A DNA stretch of 64,000 bases from Candidatus Methylacidiphilales bacterium (GTDB taxonomy: Bacteria; Verrucomicrobiota; Verrucomicrobiia; Methylacidiphilales; UBA1321). Below are positions 1-9,200 of the stretch, piece by piece; within the stretch, counting starts at the first letter, position 1; each line of letters opens with the position of its first letter. The position numbers and the translations under genes are program-made. The notes under the pieces were generated by a model. The model made no database searches, was not told the origin of the DNA, and saw nothing but the letters and a program-made list of their open reading frames with translations. The stretch covers positions 12,282-76,281 of the forward strand of contig JBGGNE010000021.1 of NCBI GenBank assembly GCA_041287705.1. Direction: 5' to 3'.

Positions 1-1242
1 AGCAGTGATCGTCAGCGTTGAGCTTTGATTCTCGGGGTGAGTCTGCGTAACGGAAACCACGATGGTCTTTTCCTCATCTGCTTTAAAGGCGGGAGAAGTT
101 CCATAGTCCAGATCCAGACGCATTTTGGGCGTAATCTCATACGAAACCTGCGTGGGCCGCAGAGCCACCAGCCGCTGGATCTCCTCATCGGCACACATCG
201 CGGCGATATCGGTCGGAGACGGTGCGGGACCAAAGTGCGCGGCCACTTTTGCCTGAAGCTTCAGGATGCGAGTTGTCAGTTCAGGGATCGTACGAGGCGC
301 GGGATTCGAGCCGTTGTACATGTTCTTTACACCAGTCGGATCGCTGGTCGCGATCGTGTCGCCAAGCGGCTTCGTCCAGCGTTCCGGCAGAGCGGCCGCC
401 CCGGCAATAATACCCAGGAAGGATCCCAGAGTCGCGCCGGTACAGTCGGTGTCGTAACCGCAGTTCACTGCTTTGCACAGCGCATCACCAAAGTCATTGC
501 CCCACAGCCATCCCACTACCTGGAAGCCAATGTTGGGCGGCGAGTACTGCGAATTGATACTGCCACCCACCGCAATGACGTCCTGGCGCGCTGTTTTCCA
601 GTCCTTGCCTGCATCGAAAGCGGCCACTGCGGCAAGCACGCATCGTGCTGTCAGGGAAGTCGACGGGAGATAGGTAAGCCCAATCTCGATGAGCTTGCGG
701 GGATCAGTGATACTGAAAGCCGCCGCCTCCACCGTTACGTTGAACAGCGAGCCATAAATGCTTTCGCCGCCCGCGTGATCCACTATGGAATCGAGATAGG
801 CATAGCGAGCCGCAACGCGAGGATTTCCGGGTGCGACACAGGCCCAGATCTCCGTACGGATTGGGCAGCCCATGCAGTCTTTAAAGTAATTGTTGTAGTA
901 TCCGGCCACCGGCGGCTTCAGACCCAGACGCAAATTCGTCATGCTGAAGCCGTACTCATCAAAATTGTAGTGGATATGATCCAGCCAGTAATGGGCCAGA
1001 TCTTCCGCCGTCAGGTCCACGCCAAGCTCTTCTAGGGCCTTCAGCCAGATGAGCTGGATCTCAAGGTCGTCGTTGGGGATTCCGCCTTCCTGAATTTGCG
1101 GATACCACCATACATCAAAGGGTTCAGCTTCCGAGAAACCGCGTTCCAGCGGTCCCCCGAGCGTCCCGCCGCAGTTCTTCCCCAGCCAGCAGCCGAGGAT
1201 CTTGGATTCCATGGAAAGTGATTGAGTAGTCGTTGATGGCAT
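1..1242 (-). CDS. ADP-ribosylglycohydrolase-family protein (C-terminus runs off the left edge of the window)
   Basis: Absent from the ORF track because there is no stop codon inside the window. My translation of the minus strand from ATG 1242 (alternative ATG 1212: MESKILGCWLGKNCGGTLGGPLE...) stays open for all 414 codons to position 1. It contains ...NCGYDTDCTGATLGSFLGIIAGAAALPERW..., a G-x-D-x-D...G...G metal-site motif of ARH/DraG-like enzymes. The opposite-strand ORF 25..1035 is Arg/His-rich antisense noise. Confidence 0.65.
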   Translation of the reverse strand, partial: MPSTTTQSLSMESKILGCWLGKNCGGTLGGPLERGFSEAEPFDVWWYPQIQEGGIPNDDLEIQLIWLKALEELGVDLTAEDLAHYWLDHIHYNFDEYGFSMTNLRLGLKPPVAGYYNNYFKDCMGCPIRTEIWACVAPGNPRVAARYAYLDSIVDHAGGESIYGSLFNVTVEAAAFSITDPRKLIEIGLTYLPSTSLTARCVLAAVAAFDAGKDWKTARQDVIAVGGSINSQYSPPNIGFQVVGWLWGNDFGDALCKAVNCGYDTDCTGATLGSFLGIIAGAAALPERWTKPLGDTIATSDPTGVKNMYNGSNPAPRTIPELTTRILKLQAKVAAHFGPAPSPTDIAAMCADEEIQRLVALRPTQVSYEITPKMRLDLDYGTSPAFKADEEKTIVVSVTQTHPENQSSTLTITA

Positions 1243-1289
1243 AGCTGTCATAGCGTCAATACTGGCAGATCCGACTAAAAACAGCTTGA

Positions 1290-2279
1290 ATGGATTACCG
1301 CCAATACTTGAATATATCGGCCATGCCGTCTCTTGTACCTCTCCTGAAACCGCTTTTCCGCATTAGCCAGGATTACGTACAGCTAAGCGCGCGCCGCCCG
1401 GTTCGGCTCAAGGATCAGACGCAGGGTGATTACGGCGCCCACGACCATGAGTTCGCCGAGCTGTGCATCATCTGGGGCGGCACCGGCCTGCACATTACCA
1501 GCGATGGCGCCCGCCCATTGCAGCGTGGCAGCATGATCGTGATGATGCCGGGGCAGGTCCATGCTTTTGATCAGACCCGCAATATGGTGACCACCAACAT
1601 ATACTATCTGAGCGAATGGCTGGTAGAGAACACTCGATTCTTTGCCGACAGCGGAGCCATAATTCCGCTCTTTCTGGCAGAATGTCTGTATCGACAACCC
1701 ACATGGCAGCAGCGAGTGCCGCAGTTCGAGCTCAATACTCGTGAACTACGCGGTGTGCGCCGCGATCTCCTGGAACTGATGGCCGAGCTGGAACAGCCTT
1801 CGCCTTCGCTATTCTTTCTTCGCGCCACATTCTTCCGGCTGCTGTATCGCTTTGCCAAAGCATTTGAACGCACTCCGGACCACGCGGCGATTCAGACACC
1901 GCCGGCCGACGTTGAGCGCCTGCTCAGTTCCGTCGAAATCGCCCTGTCGCAAAGGCGTGAGTTCAGCGTCGACGATGCAGCCCATGACGCCGGAATATCC
2001 CAGCGACATGCTTCACGCAGATTTCGCCAGCATGTGGGGATGAGTCTCGCCCGGTATTACCAGCGGCGCCGTATTCACCTGGCCTGCAATCTGTTGCTCG
2101 ACTCCGCGCACAGCGTCACCGACGTGGCCCACGAGCTGAATTTCTCCGATGGCGCGCACTTCTGCCGAGCGTTTGCCGCCGAACGCGGGATGTCGCCCCG
2201 GGAGTTCCGCAAAGTCTTTGTTAATGAAGGAGACGGCCAGAATCCATCTCCGTCGAAGCAAAGTCGGGAAATAGTCTAA
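1290..2279 (+). CDS. AraC-family transcriptional regulator (cupin-like N-domain + C-terminal HTH)
   Basis: The C-terminus DDAAHDAGISQRHASRRFRQHVGMSLARYYQRRRIHLACNLLLDSAHSVTDVAHELNFSDGAHFCRAFAAERGMSPREFRK is a typical double AraC HTH. The gene is divergent from the ARH gene, 47 bp away. Confidence 0.85.
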   Translation: MDYRQYLNISAMPSLVPLLKPLFRISQDYVQLSARRPVRLKDQTQGDYGAHDHEFAELCIIWGGTGLHITSDGARPLQRGSMIVMMPGQVHAFDQTRNMVTTNIYYLSEWLVENTRFFADSGAIIPLFLAECLYRQPTWQQRVPQFELNTRELRGVRRDLLELMAELEQPSPSLFFLRATFFRLLYRFAKAFERTPDHAAIQTPPADVERLLSSVEIALSQRREFSVDDAAHDAGISQRHASRRFRQHVGMSLARYYQRRRIHLACNLLLDSAHSVTDVAHELNFSDGAHFCRAFAAERGMSPREFRKVFVNEGDGQNPSPSKQSREIV

Positions 2280-2827
2280 AGCGGCAACTGCGTGAGGTAC
2301 TGCGGCGGCACGGTATGAACCAGCCACACGCCATTCTCGGAGTGATAAAAAAGGTGGCCTTCCTGATGCATCCTGCCCGTGGCCACACTGAGGATAAGGG
2401 GCTTTCCGTGACGCGCTCCCACCTTTTCAGCAGTGGCAATGTCGGGCGAAAGATGCACGTGGGTGCGCTTCATTTTCAATAGCCCGTGCTGCATAATTCC
2501 ATCCCAAAACTTGGCAATAGTGCCATGATACAGCGTATCGGGCGGCGTCTGAGGCTGAAGCCCCAGCTCAATCGGCACGGAGTGACCCTGACTCGCACGG
2601 ATACGCTCTCCGTCCTCGCTGAAGGCGAAGCGTTGCTTGTCATTAGTACGCACCAGTTCAGCCAGATCTTTCTCGCTGAGGTTGTGACCTTTGCGGTGTA
2701 ACGCCTCAAGAAGGATTTCCACCTTCACCCAGCCGTTGGCATCCAATCGAATACCAACGGAGTCGGGATTGTGACGCAGCACGCTGCTCATGAAGCGGCT
2801 GGTCTTCGTATATTTATCGTAGCCCAT
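2276..2827 (-). CDS. kptA: RNA 2'-phosphotransferase (Tpt1/KptA family)
   Basis: 183 aa with SRFMSSVLRHNPDSVGIRLDANGWVKVEILL...RFAFSEDGERIRASQGHSV...LYHGT...THVHLS, matching the KptA/Tpt1 R-H-R-R signature regions. Its stop codon overlaps the convergent AraC stop by 2 nt. Confidence 0.9.
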   Translation of the reverse strand: MGYDKYTKTSRFMSSVLRHNPDSVGIRLDANGWVKVEILLEALHRKGHNLSEKDLAELVRTNDKQRFAFSEDGERIRASQGHSVPIELGLQPQTPPDTLYHGTIAKFWDGIMQHGLLKMKRTHVHLSPDIATAEKVGARHGKPLILSVATGRMHQEGHLFYHSENGVWLVHTVPPQYLTQLPL

Positions 2828-2913
2828 GGTACTCCTGACGGAAAATGAACCTTACCGTTTCCAGAAACGCGGCACGGGCAACGCACCCTAAACAGGGTGC
2901 AGCGTCACGCTGC

Positions 2914-3948
2914 CTATTTCTTCTTCAGCTTAACGACGCCTTCGCCGGGAACGATTTCGCCAATAATCTTACCTTTAACGGTCTCCAGCGCAAGTTTGGC
3001 CTGATCTTCGCTCACGACAATCGTCATGCCGATACCCATGTTGAAAACCTGATAGAGTTCATCATCCGGCACGGCTGCCGTGCTGGCCAGGAACTTGAAC
3101 AGCGGGGAAATCGTCCAGCTGCCCAGCTTGATTTCCGCGTTCATGTCATCGGGAAGCACGCGCGGAATGTTATCAATAAGACCGCCGCCCGTGATGTGCG
3201 CGATGCCCTTGGCCACCACGCCCGCGGCCTGAAGCGCGCGAAGGTCAGGCAGATAGGAGACGTGCGTTGCCAGAAGCGCCTGCCCAACAGTCTCTTTCTT
3301 GCGCTGCCCGGGGATCAGGTCACCTATACGCATGGATAGCTTGTTGAAGATCAGATCGCGAGCCAGAGAGTAGCCGTTCGTGTGCAGACCGCTGCTTGGC
3401 AAACCGATAATCTTGTCGCCGACACGGATGTTGGCCTTGCCATCCACCATCTTCGCGCGGTCCACAATACCCACGATGCAGCCTACCAGATCATAGTCGC
3501 TGCCGTGATAGATGCCCGGCATCTGTGCAGTTTCACCACCTACGAGGGCGCAACCGGCAGCCTGACAGCCGCGGGTAAGGCCTGCCAGGATCTCCTTGAA
3601 CATGTGCGGATCCAGGCGGGAGGTGCCAATGTAATCCAGGAAAAAGATGGGCTCGGCACCAATACAGGCGATGTCGTTGACGCAATGGTTCACCAGATCC
3701 TCGCCGATAGTGTCGTGGCGGTTCAGCAGACCGGCGACTTTCAGCTTCGTGCCAACGCCATCCACACTGCTGACCAGTACGGGCTCCTTCATATTAGGGA
3801 AGTTGGCGAGGAAGAGGCCGCCGAATCCCCCGACGGAGCTAAGGACTTCCGGGCGACGGGTCTTGCTGACCATCGCTTCAATACCGGATTTGACCTTGTT
3901 GCCGAGGTCCACATCGACGCCGGCTTTGGCGTAGGCTTTCGTGTTCAT
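2914..3948 (-). CDS. purM: Phosphoribosylformylglycinamidine cyclo-ligase (AIR synthetase)
   Basis: MNTKAYAKAGVDVDLGNK...VSSVDGVGTKLK...DYIG... is classic PurM. I place the start at the internal ATG 3948 (MNTKAY), not the ORF-track start 4035, whose 29-aa extension has no PurM counterpart. Confidence 0.93.
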   Translation of the reverse strand: MNTKAYAKAGVDVDLGNKVKSGIEAMVSKTRRPEVLSSVGGFGGLFLANFPNMKEPVLVSSVDGVGTKLKVAGLLNRHDTIGEDLVNHCVNDIACIGAEPIFFLDYIGTSRLDPHMFKEILAGLTRGCQAAGCALVGGETAQMPGIYHGSDYDLVGCIVGIVDRAKMVDGKANIRVGDKIIGLPSSGLHTNGYSLARDLIFNKLSMRIGDLIPGQRKKETVGQALLATHVSYLPDLRALQAAGVVAKGIAHITGGGLIDNIPRVLPDDMNAEIKLGSWTISPLFKFLASTAAVPDDELYQVFNMGIGMTIVVSEDQAKLALETVKGKIIGEIVPGEGVVKLKKK

Positions 3949-4420
3949 GGAGGGGGGAGTCGTCAAGAATCGGGGAAGAGGAAGGAGAAGATGCTGAACG
4001 CGGATGCGCCGCGCAAACGGGCAGAGTGGCGTCAAGTTGGGAGAATCGCAAGAAATTGCAGAAAAAACATGCTTTAAAGTGCGCCAATGCCCGGAATTTC
4101 AGCCTGAATGAGTTTATCGCGGCCGATGCGATGCATGACTACTATTGTCATACCACAACCTTTCCTGCAAGCTAACTTTCATAAAATATCGCCAGCGTGT
4201 TCTATATTGGGCACCATTTTATCCAGGATGCAATATATTCCAAACAGGTGGCTTGAGAAATATCGGACAAAGAAACTGCTGCTGTCCATTAGATTAATAT
4301 TACTAAACGTAATTATATGAATCACCATTTAATCAATGTTTAACTGGACCCCGTTCGATACGTTACATCATAAAGGAATTTCGCTGGCTCCAAACCGCTC
4401 TTTCTGTACTATCTGGCCCC

Positions 4421-5173
4421 ATGATGTCCGGCATTGATTGGAAGCTGGCGGGTAACCTGGCGATCCGCGGCAAGTTTGCCACCATCCTGCGTATCGCCGG
4501 CAGCAAGCTGGAGGCGTACCGGGTGGAAGATCGCCCCGCCATGGAACGCATGAACGAGGTCTGCTTCGGCTTCTCCAAGCCGGTGCACTGGAACTTCTTT
4601 CGCTGGGTGATGCGTACCCATCCCTGCCCGCGCATTCTCAATCTGGGAGTATATCAGGGCCGCGACATTGCCTATATGGCCCACGCCAAACTGGCGGCTC
4701 TGACCAGCGAAACACCCAACGCCGCGTTCACTGATCCCGAGTGGAGCATCATCGGAGTGGATATTTTTGACGGAGATGAGTCTGCTTCAACCGCTCCCGG
4801 TGAACCGGCCTCCCCCGGTCAGCAATTTGAAGGAGTTGCGCGCCCGCGCCTTTCGCTGGCCGAGAATAATCTTCGCAAAGCCGGGGTGGAAGATGGGCGT
4901 GTTAAACTGCTGCGCGACACAGACGTCAATTATCTGCGCACCAGCCCGCGCCAGTACGACTTTATTTATGTGGATACGTCGCACTACTACAAGGATACGC
5001 TGGACCTGCTGGAGCTGGCGCGCGCGCGTCTGGCCCCTGGCGGCATGATTGCGGGGGACGACTACTTTGACCTGGGCCCATGGGGCGTGGAGTCCGCGGT
5101 GAAGAAGAGTTTTCGTCAGCACAAAGTCTTTGGCGGGTACATATGGTATGCCGCAAAAGAGGACTTTAATTAA
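4421..5173 (+). CDS. Class I SAM-dependent methyltransferase (Methyltransf_24/TylF-like)
   Basis: ILNLGVYQGRDIAYM (glycine-rich SAM loop analogue) and DFIYVDTSHYYKDTLDLLELARARLAPGGMIAGDDY. It has no CheR features. Confidence 0.6.
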   Translation: MMSGIDWKLAGNLAIRGKFATILRIAGSKLEAYRVEDRPAMERMNEVCFGFSKPVHWNFFRWVMRTHPCPRILNLGVYQGRDIAYMAHAKLAALTSETPNAAFTDPEWSIIGVDIFDGDESASTAPGEPASPGQQFEGVARPRLSLAENNLRKAGVEDGRVKLLRDTDVNYLRTSPRQYDFIYVDTSHYYKDTLDLLELARARLAPGGMIAGDDYFDLGPWGVESAVKKSFRQHKVFGGYIWYAAKEDFN

Positions 5174-5285
5174 GGCGGCGGCCAGGGAATCGAGAAATAA
5201 TTCAAGTTCCGATAAAATCTTTTGAACATTCGGCGCGCCGTTCGGTCTTACTTATTAGGTTTGGTATTCTCCTCCTGTTAGGCAG

Positions 5286-5321
5286 CAAGCGGCACCTTTG
5301 GTCGGGTGCCGCTTGTTTTTT
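5286..5321 (+). terminator. Rho-independent terminator after the methyltransferase gene
   Basis: caagcggcacc / tttggtcg / ggtgccgcttg forms an 11-bp perfect stem and is followed by tttttt. Confidence 0.75.
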
Positions 5322-5450
5322 GCCCATATGAGTAAGAAATTTCTGATAATGGGCAGAACCGCGAATGTTTTCACGCGAAATCTGTAAAAAATCCGCCCCA
5401 GAACGCCTTTTCTGCTGCCCATCGATCATTTTTGGGTGTATGCTCCCAAC

Positions 5451-6176
5451 ATGAGCCAGAGCGACAGCGATCTCTCCAACGATGCGGCGACCGGCGCACC
5501 CGTCTTTGTGCCACCGCCTTTTTGCTGGAGCAACATAGGGGTGGAAGGCGATGCCACCTGCCCCGAGCTCAACGCCATGTTGCACTGTCGCAACTGCCCC
5601 GTCTTTGCCAGGGCGGGCCGCGAACTCCTGGATCGCCCAGCCCCGGACGGCTACCTGCTGCAGTGGGTGACGCTGCTCTCCGAGCCCAAGGAAACGCGGG
5701 TACGTGCGCTTCGCCAGATCATGCTGTTCCGCCTGGGCAGCGAATGGCTGGCCATGTGCGCCACGGCGTTTCGCGAAGCGATGGACCGCACGGAAGTTCG
5801 CCGCATTCCGCACCGCACTACTGATGTACTGCTGGGACTGGTAAACGTGCGCGGTGAAGTCCAGATCTGCTTTTCCATGGCGCGGCTGCTCGGTATTGAG
5901 GAAGCGCCGGTGGATGAACGCAAGGTTAAGATGAGCTACACGATTTATAAGCGTCTGGCTGTCGCCAACAAAGAGGGCCATACGTGGGTGTTCCCGGTCG
6001 ATGAGTTTTACGGCGTGATGGAGCTGGATGAAGCTGAGGACCTGCGGCCTGTGCCTGTCACTGTCGCAAAGTCGCACGTCTCTTTCAGCCGTGGAATGTT
6101 TACGTATGAAAAGCAGAACGTGTCTCTGCTGGATGACGACCTTGTCTTTTATCAGTTGCGTAAGAATCACATGTAG
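5451..6176 (+). CDS. cheW: CheW-like coupling protein with Cys-rich N-terminal extension (WspD-like)
   Basis: The CheW domain is IMLFRLGSEWLAMCATAFREAMDRTEVRRIPH...LLGLVNVRGEVQICFSMARLLG. The N-terminus carries C-x11-C-x8-C-x2-C (FCWSNIGVEGDATCPELNAMLHCRNCPVF). The start is ATG 5451 or GTG 5436. Confidence 0.85.
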   Translation: MSQSDSDLSNDAATGAPVFVPPPFCWSNIGVEGDATCPELNAMLHCRNCPVFARAGRELLDRPAPDGYLLQWVTLLSEPKETRVRALRQIMLFRLGSEWLAMCATAFREAMDRTEVRRIPHRTTDVLLGLVNVRGEVQICFSMARLLGIEEAPVDERKVKMSYTIYKRLAVANKEGHTWVFPVDEFYGVMELDEAEDLRPVPVTVAKSHVSFSRGMFTYEKQNVSLLDDDLVFYQLRKNHM

Positions 6177-6246
6177 ACGCGTCTATCCTGTCCGGCTTTT
6201 GCCTCTTCCTTCGTTGTATTTAACTTTTACCTGAACTTTAACGGCA

Positions 6247-9200
6247 TTGAGCACCTACTCCTCATCCTCTTCTTCGTCCATGGGCGGTGATGACTCGTCC
6301 GGATTTTCCATGCTGGAGCTCTTTCGTGCCGAAGCAGAAGGCCAGACACAGACGCTGAGCGAGGGCCTGGTAGCGCTGGAGACAGATCCGAATCCCGGCG
6401 CTCTTCTTGCCGAAATGATGCGCGCGGCCCACTCTCTGAAAGGCGCCGCCCGCATTGTGGGGCTGTTGCCGGCGGAAAGCGTGGCTCACGTCATGGAGGA
6501 CGTGTTTGTTGCCGCACAGGATGGGGCTGTAACCCTGGGGCCGGCCCAGGTGGATGATCTGCTGGTTGCCGTGGATTTTCTGACCAAACTTCGCACACTA
6601 CAGGAGCACGAAATCGAAAGCTGGAAGGCGAGCGTCACGGGCGAAGTCGCTGTGTTGGAAGCCCGCCTGAAAGGCCTGCTGGAGTCCGATTCAGCCGCCA
6701 CATCTCAAAGCCAGCGTGTCCTGGCCAAACAGCGTGAAGCAATTCAGGCGAAGGAACACGCGGAGTCGGAAGTGCCGCCGGAGAATGCTGCGGATACAAC
6801 GTCTTGGGAACCAGTTCCGGAATCCCCCGTATCGCTGGCAACTCCCGCGATTGCCGGGGGAGATAATCGCGACAATGCGCTGGAGAGCGGTGAATTCTCT
6901 CTGATGGGGCTTTTCCGTGAAGAGCTGTTGAAGCACTCGACAAAGCTGGCGGAATGCATCCGCCTGTCGGATGAAGCGCACGATCCGTTGCATGCCGGCG
7001 ATCAAGGCCTGGGCAAACGGGATATCGCGCTGCAACAGGAGATGATTCATGCCGCAGCAGCCATAAAGGCCTCGGCCCAGATTGTGGAGTTTGTTGAAGT
7101 GCAGGAGCTTGCGGGATCCATGGAGCAGGGACTGACGCGCTGGAAGGCCGCGGGGCTGGATCTGGCTGCGCAACGAGCCACATTGGTTAGAATGGCGCTT
7201 CAGTTCCTCCAGGAGATCGCCAAATGCAAGGATGCCGACATGGGTGCGCTTGTGGAGAAGAAACGCGCTGCCATGACGGAAGTGGCCCATCGCCTGCGAA
7301 CGCCACAGACTGACTCCCGGCCGTCAGAGTCGAATCCTGCTTCCGCTAAAGCCCCCTCCAAAGTAGCAGCGCCTGCTTCTGCCACGACTTCCCCTGCTCC
7401 CATTCCCGTTCGCGCCCCGCCCTCCATAGTACAGGCATTAAAGGTAAAGGCAACCGCCGCCGCAGGCGCTCCCAGCAGACAGGAGGCAGTCGGATCCCAG
7501 CAGCATCCCCATCATGCGGCAGGCCCACAGTCGATTGCCGCACAGCATCTTAACCGAATCTCAACAGAGACGCGCGATACGCACTCACGGGAAGTCGCCG
7601 CTGCAATGGCCCCGCGTAACGAGGCTACAGTGCGCATTTCGGCGGATTTGCTGTCCAGCCTTACCGGTCTGGCAGCGGAAATACTGGTCGGTGCGCGGCA
7701 GTTGGAGCCTCTGGCAGCGCGGCTTACAGCTTTTCGCCAGGAGCAGATTCGCCTCGCTTCACTTCTGGCTCGCATTCAGTCCGGAATGGTGACGAGCGAA
7801 GGCGTGAAGATGGGGCTCACTCCGGGAGAACAGTCTGCCAACGGACTGGTCCAGGAAGCGAACGGTACGGAGGAGCAATCCTACTATTCAGGTCGTGAGA
7901 AAGGGACTTCATATGTCCCTTCATTCACTTCCGCGACATCAGCCCCCTCGCAAGGGACTTTTTCACCCGAATCCGCCGCATGGTTCGCCGCCGAAGGCAA
8001 AATGGATGGGGTGGGAGGCATGCCAGGCAATACCATCACCAGCATGGGTGAAGGAACCGCTTTTCTGCCTCCGTTGCCTGGTTTTCCAGGCTCGCATGAT
8101 TCAGGTTCCGCGCACAATTTCAGCTCAGGTGCATCAGCCAGTGCTTCGGTATCCTCAGTATCTACGGCCGCTTCCGCGGATTCAAGCGCGTTGGGGGCTC
8201 CCATTAACATGCGCGGGCCTCGCGGCTATCTGATCGCGGAGCTTACGCGGACCATGAACGCCAATAATGAGATTCTGGCGGCCTGGATGCAGGAGTTCCA
8301 GGTCTATATGCATCGTTTTGGCAATACGGCAGATCGCCTGTATCAGGACGCCCTGGCCACCCGTATGCGCCCCTTTGGTGATGGCACGCATGGTTTCCCC
8401 CGGCTGGTTCGCGACCTTGCCCGCCAGCTTGGGAAGAAAGTGCGCATGCAGATTCTGGGCGAGGAAACCAAGGTGGATCGCGAAATCCTGGAGAAACTGG
8501 AAGCTCCCCTCACCCATTTGATCCGTAACGCTCTGGATCACGGTTTTGAAACTCCTGAAGAACGCCTCGCTCTTGGCAAGTCCGAGGAAGGCATGTTGCG
8601 CCTGGAAGCCCGTCACAGAGGCGGCGTGCTTGTCGTCACCCTGACAGATGATGGCCATGGCATCAATATCAACAGCCTGCGCGCCAAGGTGGTAGAGCGC
8701 GGACTGGAGACAGCCGAGGTGGTCTCGCGTCTAAGCGAAGCCGAGGTCATGGAGTTTCTGTTCCTCCCGGGCTTTTCGACTGCCGAGAAGGTAACCGATG
8801 TCTCCGGGCGCGGCATTGGTCTGGATGTCGTCCGGCATGTAGTGCAGGTGGCGGGCGGTTCGGTCAATGTCCACGCCAAGGAAAACGCCGGCTGCACTTT
8901 CCAGATCAGCGTTCCGATTACGCGCTCGGTGATTAAAGCACTGCTGGTACGTGTGGCGGATGAACCTTACGCCCTGCCGCTGGCTCGTATAGATAAGACG
9001 GCGCGGGTACGACAGTCAGAGCTTGGCTCCATGGAAGGCCGCCTCTATCTGAACTGCGCTTATTACGGGAATGTAGGTCTCGTGTCTGCCCAGGAGATCT
9101 TCAAGCTGCCGGCCAATCTGCCGCCGCAGGCCAGCGCCGACGTCAACATCGTGGTAATCAGCGATCGCATGAACCGATACGGGCTGGTGGTGGACGAGTT

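Noticed and set aside
25-1035. Long ORFs antisense to well-supported genes. Examples are 25..1035(+), 3382..4077(+), 5202..6170(-) and 11202..11951(-). Further examples are 16716..17600(-), 27682..28692(+), 29310..30653(+) and 39505..40383(-). Others are 41561..42331(-), 47613..48839(-) and 58782..60260(+).
   Set aside because: All are Arg/His/Gly/Ala-rich with no recognisable motifs. Each lies opposite a gene with clear family signatures. Such shadow ORFs are expected in GC-rich DNA.
4080-4420. AT-rich 340-bp region with a 70-aa ORF (4108..4320) between purM and the methyltransferase
   Set aside because: The ORF is Ile/Leu/Lys-rich from AT bias, with no start context or motifs. It is most simply a divergent promoter region.
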